32,000 nucleotides of DNA from Candidatus Methanoperedens sp. (lineage in GTDB: Archaea; Halobacteriota; Methanosarcinia; Methanosarcinales; Methanoperedenaceae): contig JAPZAR010000009.1 of assembly GCA_027460535.1 (NCBI GenBank), positions 1 to 32,000 on the forward strand, in the 5' to 3' direction. The translations under genes were made by a program, and so were the position numbers. This document shows positions 8,704-17,593 of the stretch, one piece after another. The notes below the pieces were generated by a model. It searched no databases. It had not been told where the DNA came from and was given only the letters and a program-made list of their open reading frames with translations. Every line of letters begins with the position of its first letter. Position 1 is the first letter of the stretch.

Positions 8704-9579
8704 CTATTGCTTATAAAGTTTTAGAGCCGTTTCCACTATTTTAGACTTAATAAATCCAATCGGAATTCTGTATATATAATATTGCCTATATTCTCCACCG
8801 AAACCTTTTTTGAACTTTGTTGGTCCATGTTCTTTAGTTATAACAGCGCCACCCATATCATAGTAAGGATATCCCTGTTTTTTCGCCCATTTTATTATTT
8901 CCCAGTGCAATAGGTTGTTAGGGCGATCTTTAATATAACTCAAGTCGGTAGCTCCTAACCAATATAAAGGTACTTTATCAATTAATAAAAAAGCCCCGGC
9001 GACTACTTTATCATCAACTTTTGCTACAAATAGACGAGATATGTCTGGATATTTGAATGTTTCGTACACCAAACTACGTGGCTGTGCACTAAATTTTTTA
9101 ATACCTGCTGTACTCTCATATACTTTCCACCAGTCCTTAAAATCATTTTCATTTTTTGCATATTCAATGGTAACACCCTTTTTCTCGGCCTGTCTAACAT
9201 AATTCCTTGTTGTTTTGTTTAGATGTGTCCAGAGATAATCTTCAGGACTGTCAAGATTTTTAATAAATGTTCCATCGGATTTTACTATAGATTTTTCAAT
9301 TGCACTGTCTTTATATGGAGTCAATATTTCTAAAATAGCAGCATTCCTTTCTTTACATATAGTTTGAGCTTTCTGGATAGTAACTAGAATATTTTCTAAA
9401 TCAGGAGAATGCATTTTCATAAATGTATATCCAAAAATCGGAAGCATATGAAAATAAACAATTGTGTTGTCAATTTTAAGAATTTCAAAGTTTTTGTGTT
9501 TACAATATATTTTCATAAATTTCTCATTTTGCATTATTTTATAGCCATTCCACTCTGTTGTGTTTCCGTTCTTATTCAT
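8704..9579 (-). CDS. FemAB-family / GNAT-fold aminoacyl (peptidyl) transferase-like protein
   Basis: NYVRQAEKKGVTIEY...FKDWWKVYESTAGIKKFSAQP...RLFVAKVDDKVVAGAFLLIDKVPLYWLGATD...RPNNLLHWEIIKWAKKQGYPYYDMGGA matches the FemAB/lipid II glycyltransferase-like pattern. Confidence 0.65.
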   Translation of the reverse strand: MNKNGNTTEWNGYKIMQNEKFMKIYCKHKNFEILKIDNTIVYFHMLPIFGYTFMKMHSPDLENILVTIQKAQTICKERNAAILEILTPYKDSAIEKSIVKSDGTFIKNLDSPEDYLWTHLNKTTRNYVRQAEKKGVTIEYAKNENDFKDWWKVYESTAGIKKFSAQPRSLVYETFKYPDISRLFVAKVDDKVVAGAFLLIDKVPLYWLGATDLSYIKDRPNNLLHWEIIKWAKKQGYPYYDMGGAVITKEHGPTKFKKGFGGEYRQYYIYRIPIGFIKSKIVETALKLYKQ

Positions 9580-9582
9580 GTT

Positions 9583-11373
9583 TCACACTGCTCTGACATA
9601 CCAAACATTCAACTCCCCATTATTATATAATTTATCAACTGTTTTATCCATCTCTAATTTTTCAAAATCTTCCTTATGAAACCTTCCAACTACTTTCCAT
9701 ACGGTGTCATAAATTGTCTTATCAAACTCTGTAATCACAGCGTATTTATCTTCAGTGTACGATTCACCTATATATTTATTTAAGTAATAATTAAAATGAT
9801 CAGGAATCTGTAGAGAAAAGTGTTTAATATCTGTTCTTTTATTTACTTCATTACTTCCTATTATTGCATCTGCAAATCGATACGTTGGACTCATAATCAC
9901 CGTATCTGATATCTTTCGATCCTTATTATCTACAAACCATTTCACTCCATACATATCCATCTGCGTAACTTGAACATTGGGTTGCAAAATATACGGAGAA
10001 GGAAATAAACTAAGTATGCTGATTATTGATGCCATCATAATTATAACTATACAAACTATGGCTGAGATATAATTTTTTTTGTTTATAAAATGTTTAAGGG
10101 TAAACCCGGCTGATATCGGCGTAAAAATCACGAGATATGCTAGTAATCTTTGCGAACCGATATTTCCAAGTCCTGGAATGATATTAAATAGATATGCCAC
10201 ATACATCATTCCTACAACGAAAGTTATGCCAATAAAAACCAATAAGTTGTTATTGCGTTTTCTTTCTTCATGGTTTTTAAATAAGATTATGGCAGCAATA
10301 ATTGATAGAACCAAAAATATAATGTCATCTCCCATAATTTTAAGAATAAGATTTACAAAATCAAGACCATGAACGTTTATTTTATTCAATCTTTCTCCCA
10401 TCTGAGCAATTACGTCTTGACCGTACCCTGTTGTAAGTGCATTATATAAAAGATGAATATTAATCTTAAATCCTTGAAATGATAATATCCAGGGAAGAAG
10501 AATTGTGAGAACAATGAATGTGGAAGTTATCGGAAAAAGATATGGAATGTTATGCCAAAAAACATTTTTATTTCCAATAATATGAATTAAACAACTTATA
10601 ACTCCAATTGTTAATATCATTATAATGAGCATCAATGAAGATAGTGGGTGGAAAAAGGGGAATAATACCAATGTAACGACTAACAAGAGTTTATGTTCTA
10701 AGGGAAATCTATTTAATAAAGATTTAAAGAATAAGAAAAAAACGAGTGGAAGATAAAGTATAGACCACCCGTTTGGCATAAGATAGACATCATAACCATT
10801 AAATAAAACTCCACCGATTGCTGCCACAGATAAGAGCTGTGCCTCCCTCGATGACAATGCGGTAGTAGCAAGTAGGTATATAGAAACTACATAAAAAATG
10901 GAGAGTAACGCAGTACTGTGATTTACTATTAACTCAATTGGCGCACCAGAACTAGATATAAGCATAGTTAATAAAATATGGGTAATAGGATAGAAATTAT
11001 CGCTTGGAATATGACCCGTAAATAGAATATCCTTTACAAATCCTATATGTGAGATATTGTCACCGTTCCAAGTGTAATAACCCCTTATGAATGGAATGTA
11101 AAGTAAGGTCACTCTGCTTAAAATAAGTATCAAAAATCCCAATTGCCAGAAGTTACCGTATTTATATTCTTTCGTATAAACTTGATGAACTATTATAGCC
11201 ACTCCACCAGCAATGCTAATTATTAAGAGAACCCATACTGAAATTGGGGTGGATTCATAAATTGATAGTTCAAAATCTTTGCTTGGATTAGTGTAGGCTA
11301 TTAGGGTTGATAATGATATGAACACAAAGCAAAGTATCGCCACAATTTTTAGTTTACAGTCGATTCGTGCCAT
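9583..11373 (-). CDS. Polytopic membrane protein with a C-terminal soluble domain. Candidate glycan polymerase or GT-C-type enzyme; family not recognised.
   Basis: 596 aa. The first 460 or so residues are hydrophobic helices, and the last 130 or so are polar (PNVQVTQMDMYGVKWFVDNKDRK...). No WWDYG (AglB) motif was seen. It sits mid-operon between glycosyltransferases. Confidence 0.45.
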   Translation of the reverse strand: MARIDCKLKIVAILCFVFISLSTLIAYTNPSKDFELSIYESTPISVWVLLIISIAGGVAIIVHQVYTKEYKYGNFWQLGFLILILSRVTLLYIPFIRGYYTWNGDNISHIGFVKDILFTGHIPSDNFYPITHILLTMLISSSGAPIELIVNHSTALLSIFYVVSIYLLATTALSSREAQLLSVAAIGGVLFNGYDVYLMPNGWSILYLPLVFFLFFKSLLNRFPLEHKLLLVVTLVLFPFFHPLSSLMLIIMILTIGVISCLIHIIGNKNVFWHNIPYLFPITSTFIVLTILLPWILSFQGFKINIHLLYNALTTGYGQDVIAQMGERLNKINVHGLDFVNLILKIMGDDIIFLVLSIIAAIILFKNHEERKRNNNLLVFIGITFVVGMMYVAYLFNIIPGLGNIGSQRLLAYLVIFTPISAGFTLKHFINKKNYISAIVCIVIIMMASIISILSLFPSPYILQPNVQVTQMDMYGVKWFVDNKDRKISDTVIMSPTYRFADAIIGSNEVNKRTDIKHFSLQIPDHFNYYLNKYIGESYTEDKYAVITEFDKTIYDTVWKVVGRFHKEDFEKLEMDKTVDKLYNNGELNVWYVRAV

Positions 11374-11421
11374 TCCAAACTTCCATTAAACGGCGAATTT
11401 CATTATTTCATTCATGGTGGA

Positions 11422-12621
11422 TTAAATCACATGTTGATAAATAATCAATATTTCCTTCGTTATGTTCTCCCATGTAAACCGGCCCGCATAAGCTCTTATT
11501 TTTTCGCAATCCCAATCCTTATCTAAAGCTATTAAAATCTTTTCCGCTAAATCTTTTGAGTTTGCAGGCTCTGCTAACAGCCCATAGTCTTCTGAAATTA
11601 TTATTTCTGGCACACCACCAACTTTTGTTCCCACGAATGGTTTTCCGCACCCTAGGCATTCGAACATAACTGTAGGATTGCCCTCGTTTAAACTCGGCAA
11701 AACGAAAATATCGCAGGCATTCATCCAGATTGGAATTTCGTTATGTGGTCGTCCTCCGGCGAGAATAATATAATTCTCCAATTCTGCTTTTTTAATTTGT
11801 TTTTGTAATTTATTTTTTAATTCTCCACTGCCTATAAGAATGCATAGAATATCTTTTCTATGCTTTACAATTTCTCTAATTGCCTCTATTAAATATTTTC
11901 CACCTTTTACTTCGTCGTATACACATCCAACGCTCAATAATATCATTCGGTCGAGTGGGAGATTTAGTTTTTTTCTGCATTCCTTTGAATCTTGTGGGTA
12001 AAACAGATCGCTTCGGAAACCATTTGGTATAACATGGACTGGTGTTTTCGCATTTAATTCTCTAATGCACTTCAGATTACTATTACTTACCGTTATAATA
12101 CAATCTGCAGAATCAAGAACGTATCTGATTTTTTCTTTCCATTCATTGTCTCTAAAAGGTAAATCATAAATATCATAGCCATGAGCAGTAACTACAAATG
12201 GTACATTATATTTCTCCTTAAGTTTTGCTCCAACATATCCTGCAGACCATAAAAAGTGAGAATGAATTAAATCGAATCTTATGTTATCCCTCTCTATTTT
12301 TCTCTCTACTATTTTAAAATGCTTCTCTCCAAGATTTTTATATCCTGAATCAGTAGGTACATAAAATATTGGTGTAACTATTACATTAACATTAGAAGGC
12401 TTGTCTGATAGATCAATTATCGAAGCCTTTTTAAATGGCCTCAAGCTATGTATAGGTAAGATATTCGAGATCTCCGAAATTGGATTATATCTGGACAAAA
12501 TAGTTACGTTATCAAAATGATCCGATACTTGTTCTATTTGATCCTTAACAAATGTACTATAACTATGGGAAACAAATAGTAGACTTTTATTAACTTTTGA
12601 CTCTACTGATTTTTTGCTCAT
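11422..12621 (-). CDS. Glycosyltransferase family 4 (GT-B)
   Basis: VLPSLNEGNPTVMFECLGCGKPFVGTKVGGVPEIIISEDYGLLAEP. Overlaps the AsnB-like gene by 32 nt. Confidence 0.85.
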   Translation of the reverse strand: MSKKSVESKVNKSLLFVSHSYSTFVKDQIEQVSDHFDNVTILSRYNPISEISNILPIHSLRPFKKASIIDLSDKPSNVNVIVTPIFYVPTDSGYKNLGEKHFKIVERKIERDNIRFDLIHSHFLWSAGYVGAKLKEKYNVPFVVTAHGYDIYDLPFRDNEWKEKIRYVLDSADCIITVSNSNLKCIRELNAKTPVHVIPNGFRSDLFYPQDSKECRKKLNLPLDRMILLSVGCVYDEVKGGKYLIEAIREIVKHRKDILCILIGSGELKNKLQKQIKKAELENYIILAGGRPHNEIPIWMNACDIFVLPSLNEGNPTVMFECLGCGKPFVGTKVGGVPEIIISEDYGLLAEPANSKDLAEKILIALDKDWDCEKIRAYAGRFTWENITKEILIIYQHVI

Positions 12622-14419
12622 TGAAAAACTCCCTCAACCAAATCTCCAAATTTATCCACTTCCAAATTGTATCTCCTGCGTTCTTTTTATTTTGAATATG
12701 ACTAATAAATATTTTTTCAACATCATTCCATTTCCAATAAGGTCTGTTCTTAAAACTTTCAGAATAAATAATTTCGTTACAAAATTCTACAATCTTTTCA
12801 TTCCTGAAAAGATCATCTACCGGGGCTTCAAATCCGATTTTATCCGTTCTATTTCTTATCATATCTGGAATATGATGATCTATAGCCCTTTTAAAAACCA
12901 CTTTTGTTTCTCCATTGCGTAATTTTTGTTCTGAAGGCAGAGAGTCTGCTGATTCTACAAGCCCAACATCCAGAAATGGAACTCTACTTTCGATGCTCCA
13001 CCTCATAGAGTTTTTGTCTTCCCATCGCAAAAGATGTGGGATCGCTGTAGAAAAAAGTGTTAATCTAAGGCTATCATTAAGGTTCATGGCTTTCCAGCGT
13101 GGGTCTTTATCGACACATACTTTTTCGAGCAGTTCATGGTTTATCCATTTTTTGTCAAATGTTTTCCAGAAGATATATTTCAACGATCCGGGCAGGAACA
13201 AAAATGCAAGCATTGAGTGTGGATAAACATTTTTAAAATTTTTTATATATAGCACCATTTCTTTAATCAACGTATGCCATTTATATTTTTTAAATAATTC
13301 ATAAAAATAATAACTAAAATAATATACATATCCTGCAAATATTTCATCTCCACCCTGTCCATCAAGGAGCACTTTTGCACCTTGCTCATGGGCAAGTTTC
13401 ATTACGCGATATTGGGCATAAGGACTTAATCCTGTTACTGGCTCTTCTTGCGCAATAATAAAGTCGTCCACTTCCTTTAGAAAATCATCAACGTTTATCG
13501 TAGTGAAAAATTGTTGCGTATTTGTATTTCTTCCAACCTCCTTGATATATTTACTCTCATCCTTCGAGCTTCCCGGTGCAACAAGAGAGAATGTAAAAAA
13601 TTTATTTTTTAAAATAGTATCCAGAGTGCATACTATTGCAGAGGAATCAATTCCACCGCTCAAACAACTGCCTATAGGAACATCGGATATTGTTCTTAAC
13701 CTGACACTTTCTATAAATTTATCTCGAATGACTCCATCATTTTTCACGTTTCTAAATTTTAAATGATACCATTGCTGGATATGATGATGATTGGTTTTAA
13801 GATCGTATGTCAGTGTACTGCCTTGTGGCAGCGAGTAGATATTTTCGAAAAATGTATATTGTTTATGATCTTCAAGGTTGAACGCCAGATACTCCATTAT
13901 CGCTCTCTCATTTGGAGCGGTTATAATGTCATGACATAAGATTCCAGTGATCATAGAGGAAAAAATAAATTTATTGTTTTCTATATAATAATAAAGAGGC
14001 TTGATAGAAAATTGATCCCTGCTTAAAACCAAAATATCTTTGTTTTTATCATATATGCAAAAAGCCCACATGCCATTAAATTGATTTACACAGTTTAAAC
14101 CGTACTCCTCATAAGCGTGAATTATTACTTCAGTGTCTGTGTTGCTTTTAAAAACATGCCCTTTTTTCAACAGGTCAGATCTTAACTCTTGAAAATTATA
14201 AACCTCTCCATTATAGGTTATCCATATCGTTTCATCTTCATTAGACATCGGTTGATGGCCTTTTTCGGATAAGTCAATTATCGAAAGTCGGACATGACCT
14301 AATGAGGTCTTCTCATCGACATAAATCCCTTTGTCATCTGGACCTCTATGTTTGGTTACTCCGTTCATATCTTCAATTAGAGCTGTATCTTTCCAATTGA
14401 ATCCATTGATGCCACACAT
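12590..14419 (-). CDS. Asparagine synthase (glutamine-hydrolysing) family amidotransferase, glycan-locus paralogue
   Basis: N-terminal nucleophile MCGINGF. PP-loop CLSGGIDSSAIV. 609 aa. Confidence 0.9.
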   Translation of the reverse strand: MCGINGFNWKDTALIEDMNGVTKHRGPDDKGIYVDEKTSLGHVRLSIIDLSEKGHQPMSNEDETIWITYNGEVYNFQELRSDLLKKGHVFKSNTDTEVIIHAYEEYGLNCVNQFNGMWAFCIYDKNKDILVLSRDQFSIKPLYYYIENNKFIFSSMITGILCHDIITAPNERAIMEYLAFNLEDHKQYTFFENIYSLPQGSTLTYDLKTNHHHIQQWYHLKFRNVKNDGVIRDKFIESVRLRTISDVPIGSCLSGGIDSSAIVCTLDTILKNKFFTFSLVAPGSSKDESKYIKEVGRNTNTQQFFTTINVDDFLKEVDDFIIAQEEPVTGLSPYAQYRVMKLAHEQGAKVLLDGQGGDEIFAGYVYYFSYYFYELFKKYKWHTLIKEMVLYIKNFKNVYPHSMLAFLFLPGSLKYIFWKTFDKKWINHELLEKVCVDKDPRWKAMNLNDSLRLTLFSTAIPHLLRWEDKNSMRWSIESRVPFLDVGLVESADSLPSEQKLRNGETKVVFKRAIDHHIPDMIRNRTDKIGFEAPVDDLFRNEKIVEFCNEIIYSESFKNRPYWKWNDVEKIFISHIQNKKNAGDTIWKWINLEIWLREFFNEQKISRVKS

Positions 14420-14420
14420 G

Positions 14421-15479
14421 CTAACCTAATATCTCATCTTTTATTTTTTCAAGACTCATGGGAAAATCTTCTAAAAACCGAACCATAAATCCAGTCACAT
14501 TTATTTTGTCTTTTAATAACGTCTCTCGTTTCTCGTTCCATTCCCTTTTTATCTCTGGCTTCTGTATAAGTTCGACCGCCTTTTTTATTGCTATATCGGA
14601 ATCATTATAATTAAACATTAGCCCATATTTTTGTTCAAGTTCGATGAAATTACCCATTGTCCCTGCAAGAGATGAAACATAAATTGCAGGAGTGCCCAAT
14701 ATTGCACTTTCAGTAGCCATCGTTGCCCCCTCTCCCATATACAAAGTGGCATAATACAATAAATCATGTATTTTCTCAGGAGGAACTTTAATCTTATAAT
14801 TTTCTAACTCATTATCCAGCCGCCCCTCAGAGGTGATATACACTCGACCATATTTCTCCAGTTCCTTAACCAATCTTATTTTATTTTGTATGCCATGCTG
14901 CCCGACGTCATGGCTCGCGCCCCAGGTAACAAATCGCAAAATGATAAATATATCCTCTTTGCTCAGTCCAAGCTCATCAAGAACAGCAGGGTCTGGTTTA
15001 AAATAATCCGGGTGCAAATAAGCGAGTTCATGATAGCCATTGTATCGAACTTGTTTTTTACCCAGGCTCTTTTTGAAACAGGATGGTGTAATGATGACAT
15101 CTGTAAACGGATATGTGATCGCCTCGGCGAAAGTTGCATGCTCCGTGTCATTAAAGATAATCGCTTTTTTGCCGAGCAATTTGGAAACATGGGCTGCGCA
15201 TGGATTAAGTATTCCTGTTAAGATATCTGGTTTAAATTCTTTTGCAAGAATTAGTAGTTTATAATCTCGAATTAGCCATTCCTTCATTAGTCCAATCTTT
15301 CCCCTCCCCATAGTGGTCAGAACTATATGTGGAATATTATATGCTTTAAGCAAGTCAATAGCTACATCCTTATCCCGTGCTGTGACCATTACCTCATGCC
15401 CATGCTTTTCGAGAGCCCAGATAGTGTTCTTGAAAAAATGAACATGTGCCGGATGCCCGATATCTATTAGTATTCTCAA
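14421..15479 (-). CDS. DUF354 family protein (GT-B/epimerase-like fold), first gene of the island operon; TTG start
   Basis: MRILIDIGHPAHVHFFKNTIWALEKHGHEVMVTARDKDV is the typical DUF354 N-terminus. An AGGAGC Shine-Dalgarno lies 6 nt upstream of the TTG. Confidence 0.7.
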   Translation of the reverse strand: MRILIDIGHPAHVHFFKNTIWALEKHGHEVMVTARDKDVAIDLLKAYNIPHIVLTTMGRGKIGLMKEWLIRDYKLLILAKEFKPDILTGILNPCAAHVSKLLGKKAIIFNDTEHATFAEAITYPFTDVIITPSCFKKSLGKKQVRYNGYHELAYLHPDYFKPDPAVLDELGLSKEDIFIILRFVTWGASHDVGQHGIQNKIRLVKELEKYGRVYITSEGRLDNELENYKIKVPPEKIHDLLYYATLYMGEGATMATESAILGTPAIYVSSLAGTMGNFIELEQKYGLMFNYNDSDIAIKKAVELIQKPEIKREWNEKRETLLKDKINVTGFMVRFLEDFPMSLEKIKDEILG

Positions 15480-15485
15480 TTAGGT

Positions 15486-15491
15486 GCTCCT
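15486..15491 (-). promoter_or_regulatory. Shine-Dalgarno (AGGAGC) for the DUF354 gene
   Basis: The reverse complement of gctcct is 6 nt from TTG 15479. No room or obvious TATA lies between it and stub A, which suggests read-through from upstream. Confidence 0.5.
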
Positions 15492-15507
15492 TTCAATTAT
15501 TCGATCA

Positions 15508-15909
15508 CTAATTAAAAACCATCTCCTCATGAATACAAATCGTCCTGACATCGCATACCTTCCTGAACTCCTTCAACTCCCTCCCGAACATCTCTATCGC
15601 TTTCCCATGATCCCCATTCGCCTTCCCCAATACCTCGTAATGGTACCCCACCTCATGCCCCATACCCTCTATCTCGCGCATGATCTCAGGACGGAAAACA
15701 TTCATCCTGAAATAATACGTCGCCCTTATCCCCAGCTCCTGCTCCACCCTCGCAGTGTTCAGCGCGCTCATGGGTTTGCGGTCGATGTCGTGGCGCATCA
15801 TGGCAAAGCGCGGGGGCAGCTTCCCTGCCTGGAAATATTCCGCCAGCGTGGGCTGCGCCACTGCGGAGCAGAGGGAGCGGAATTTGGAGAGGGTAAAATC
15901 GAGGGGCAT
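15508..15909 (-). pseudogene. Polysaccharide deacetylase (CE4/NodB-like), 5' stub copy A (about 128 genuine codons plus a junction tail)
   Basis: FAMMRHDIDRKP...ATYYFRMNVFRPEIMREIEGMGHEVGYHYEVL carries the CE4 motifs (Asp pair; GHE[IV]G.H). Similarity ends at ..VRTICIH, followed by EEMVFN and a stop at the AT-rich junction. About 60% GC in a spot count. Confidence 0.75.
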
Positions 15910-15985
15910 AAGGTAGCTCTGGTTCAGATCTCTTTGCTTTTCCTAAACATTTTTTAAGCTCCTTATCTGGATATTTCAACGATTG

Positions 15986-16417
15986 TTATGATCTTTTTTG
16001 TTCTAAAAGCGCTTTTTTTACGTCGTCAGGCATTTTGTTAAGGACAAAATCAAACACTTCAACAGCTAATCTTAATGCTTCATCCGCATCTTGTGGATCT
16101 GGCTGAATTACATCTCCAGGGTACCTAAAAGCGATGGCATAAGGTGTCAAAATGGAAGAAATATCCATGATTTGTTCAAATTCAATATCTAATTCCTTGC
16201 ACTGTTCGACCAGGAATGAAAGATCATGGATCTTTTGGAAAGGTGTATCCTTTAAGGTCAGATATGCCTTCAAAGATTTCTCGGCAGCCTGCTGGCAATG
16301 GTATACAGCGGTATCAAGGTAGGGAATATCACCACTTAGGAGACGACGAGCCGAACCAATATCATGTTCAGCTTTTATAAGCCATTGAACTACTTCATTG
16401 ATCCTTGGATCATCCAT
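15986..16417 (-). CDS. HEPN domain protein (toxin component of an MNT/HEPN pair)
   Basis: WLIKAEHDIGSARRLL...AVYHCQQAAEKSLKAYL...HDLSFLVEQC...PYAIAFRYPGD is typical of a HEPN (PF05168-like) helical bundle. It overlaps the upstream MNT gene by 8 nt. Confidence 0.8.
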   Translation of the reverse strand: MDDPRINEVVQWLIKAEHDIGSARRLLSGDIPYLDTAVYHCQQAAEKSLKAYLTLKDTPFQKIHDLSFLVEQCKELDIEFEQIMDISSILTPYAIAFRYPGDVIQPDPQDADEALRLAVEVFDFVLNKMPDDVKKALLEQKRS

Positions 16418-16730
16418 ATAATACTTTACCTTTGGATAGAATATTATTTACAAGTGATGTTCTTACCAATTTATTCTTTTCAACCTCATCATGAGTCTGC
16501 ACAATAATGTCGATAGGATATTTTATACCCTGCAATACTTCATAAATAACTCTTGCTCGCCGATAAGATGGTTGATCTGAATGGGGAAGGATAACAAATA
16601 GGTCTATATCGCTTGATTCTTCAGGTTTACCCCACACATGTGAACCAAAAAGAATAATCTTTTCAGGATGGACTTTTTCAATAATCCTCTTTTTAATCTC
16701 ATCTAATAATTCATTATTAAATTGTCTCAT
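16410..16730 (-). CDS. Minimal nucleotidyltransferase (MNT, antitoxin component of an MNT/HEPN pair)
   Basis: ILFGSHVWGKPEESSDIDLFVILP is the G-S-x(n)-D-x-D pol-beta nucleotidyltransferase motif. 106 aa. Confidence 0.85.
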   Translation of the reverse strand: MRQFNNELLDEIKKRIIEKVHPEKIILFGSHVWGKPEESSDIDLFVILPHSDQPSYRRARVIYEVLQGIKYPIDIIVQTHDEVEKNKLVRTSLVNNILSKGKVLYG

Positions 16731-16786
16731 TATTGTTTATTCTCTTCAGTTTGTTTATTTCTGGTTATCTTGCTATGAATTACTTC

Positions 16787-16795
16787 TATATAAAA
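16787..16795 (-). promoter_or_regulatory. TATA box (TTTTATATA on the minus strand) for the MNT/HEPN cassette
   Basis: Lies about 57 nt upstream of ATG 16730, inside the AT-rich cassette leader. Confidence 0.4.
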
Positions 16796-16894
16796 CAAGG
16801 ATATATAAGTTATGATTCAGACCACTATAAATCTTTAGTATAAGGTATCGAATTAGTGAGCATCGTAGACCTCATGCCGTCTTGGGATATTTCA

Positions 16895-17198
16895 ATCCCC
16901 ATTCGCCTTCCCCAGCACCTCGTAATGATACCCGACCTCATGGCCCACACTTTCTATCTCGCGCATGATCTCAGGACGGAAAACATTCATCCTGAAATAA
17001 TACGTCGCTTTTATCCCCAGCTCCCGCTCCACCCTCGCCGTGTTCAGCGCGCTCATGGGTTTGCGGTCGATGTCCTGGCGCATCATCGCAAAGCGCGGGG
17101 GCAACTTCTCTGCCTGGAAGTACGCTGCCAGCGTCAGGGTGCTGCGCCACAGCGGAGCAGAGGGAGCGGAATTTATGGAGGGTGAAGTCGAGGGGCAT
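16895..17198 (-). pseudogene. Polysaccharide deacetylase 5' stub copy B (about 100 codons, frameshifted)
   Basis: Aligns with 15610..15909 (about 26 substitutions plus a 4-nt indel at about 17129-17137). The indel splits it into listed ORFs 16892..17104 and 16971..17198. Confidence 0.8.
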
Positions 17199-17263
17199 TA
17201 GTCTTTTTCCTCTTTTACAAGGTTTTTTGGATATTCATTTATTCTTCTAATTCTAACATCTTT

Positions 17264-17593
17264 TTTATTAAATTCATAAATTCACGAATACCTGAAGCTG
17301 GTCGTCATTTATTCTGCTCTCTTCTGCATTGTTTTGTGAACCATTATGGAAATGTTTGGGGTAGGTAGAAACTCCTTTCCAGCGTGGGTCAGGGGACGAT
17401 ACATCTTCCCGTTGATTTGCCTTCTTTCCCAGTGATACGAGAAACGTCCGGGTATCTTTGTTGAGAACCAGATATCAGCGATAGAGCCGTCTTTCAAAAA
17501 TACCCTTAGCTTATCATGATAAATATTCGAATCTATTGTAATATCACTGTACTCGGTATCAACAATTCTTTTCAGTTTAAGGATTTCTGCCAC
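17264..17593 (-). pseudogene. TumE/DUF6516-like toxin gene, frameshifted
   Basis: Listed ORF 17309..17593 reads ...GRFSYHWERRQINGKMYR and then loses similarity. Shifting frame at about 17385-17400 gives SSPDPRWKGVSTYPKHFHNGSQNNAEESRINDDQLQVFVNL, with a stop at 17264-17266. That restores the family pattern (YHW...R.DN.P....FP.H.H). Confidence 0.55.

Noticed and set aside
15484-17185. Plus-strand ORFs 15484..15957 (157 aa) and 16856..17185 (109 aa), which look conserved between copies
   Set aside because: They are antisense to the deacetylase stubs. The apparent conservation is explained by minus-strand gene homology and high GC, and they carry no recognisable motifs.
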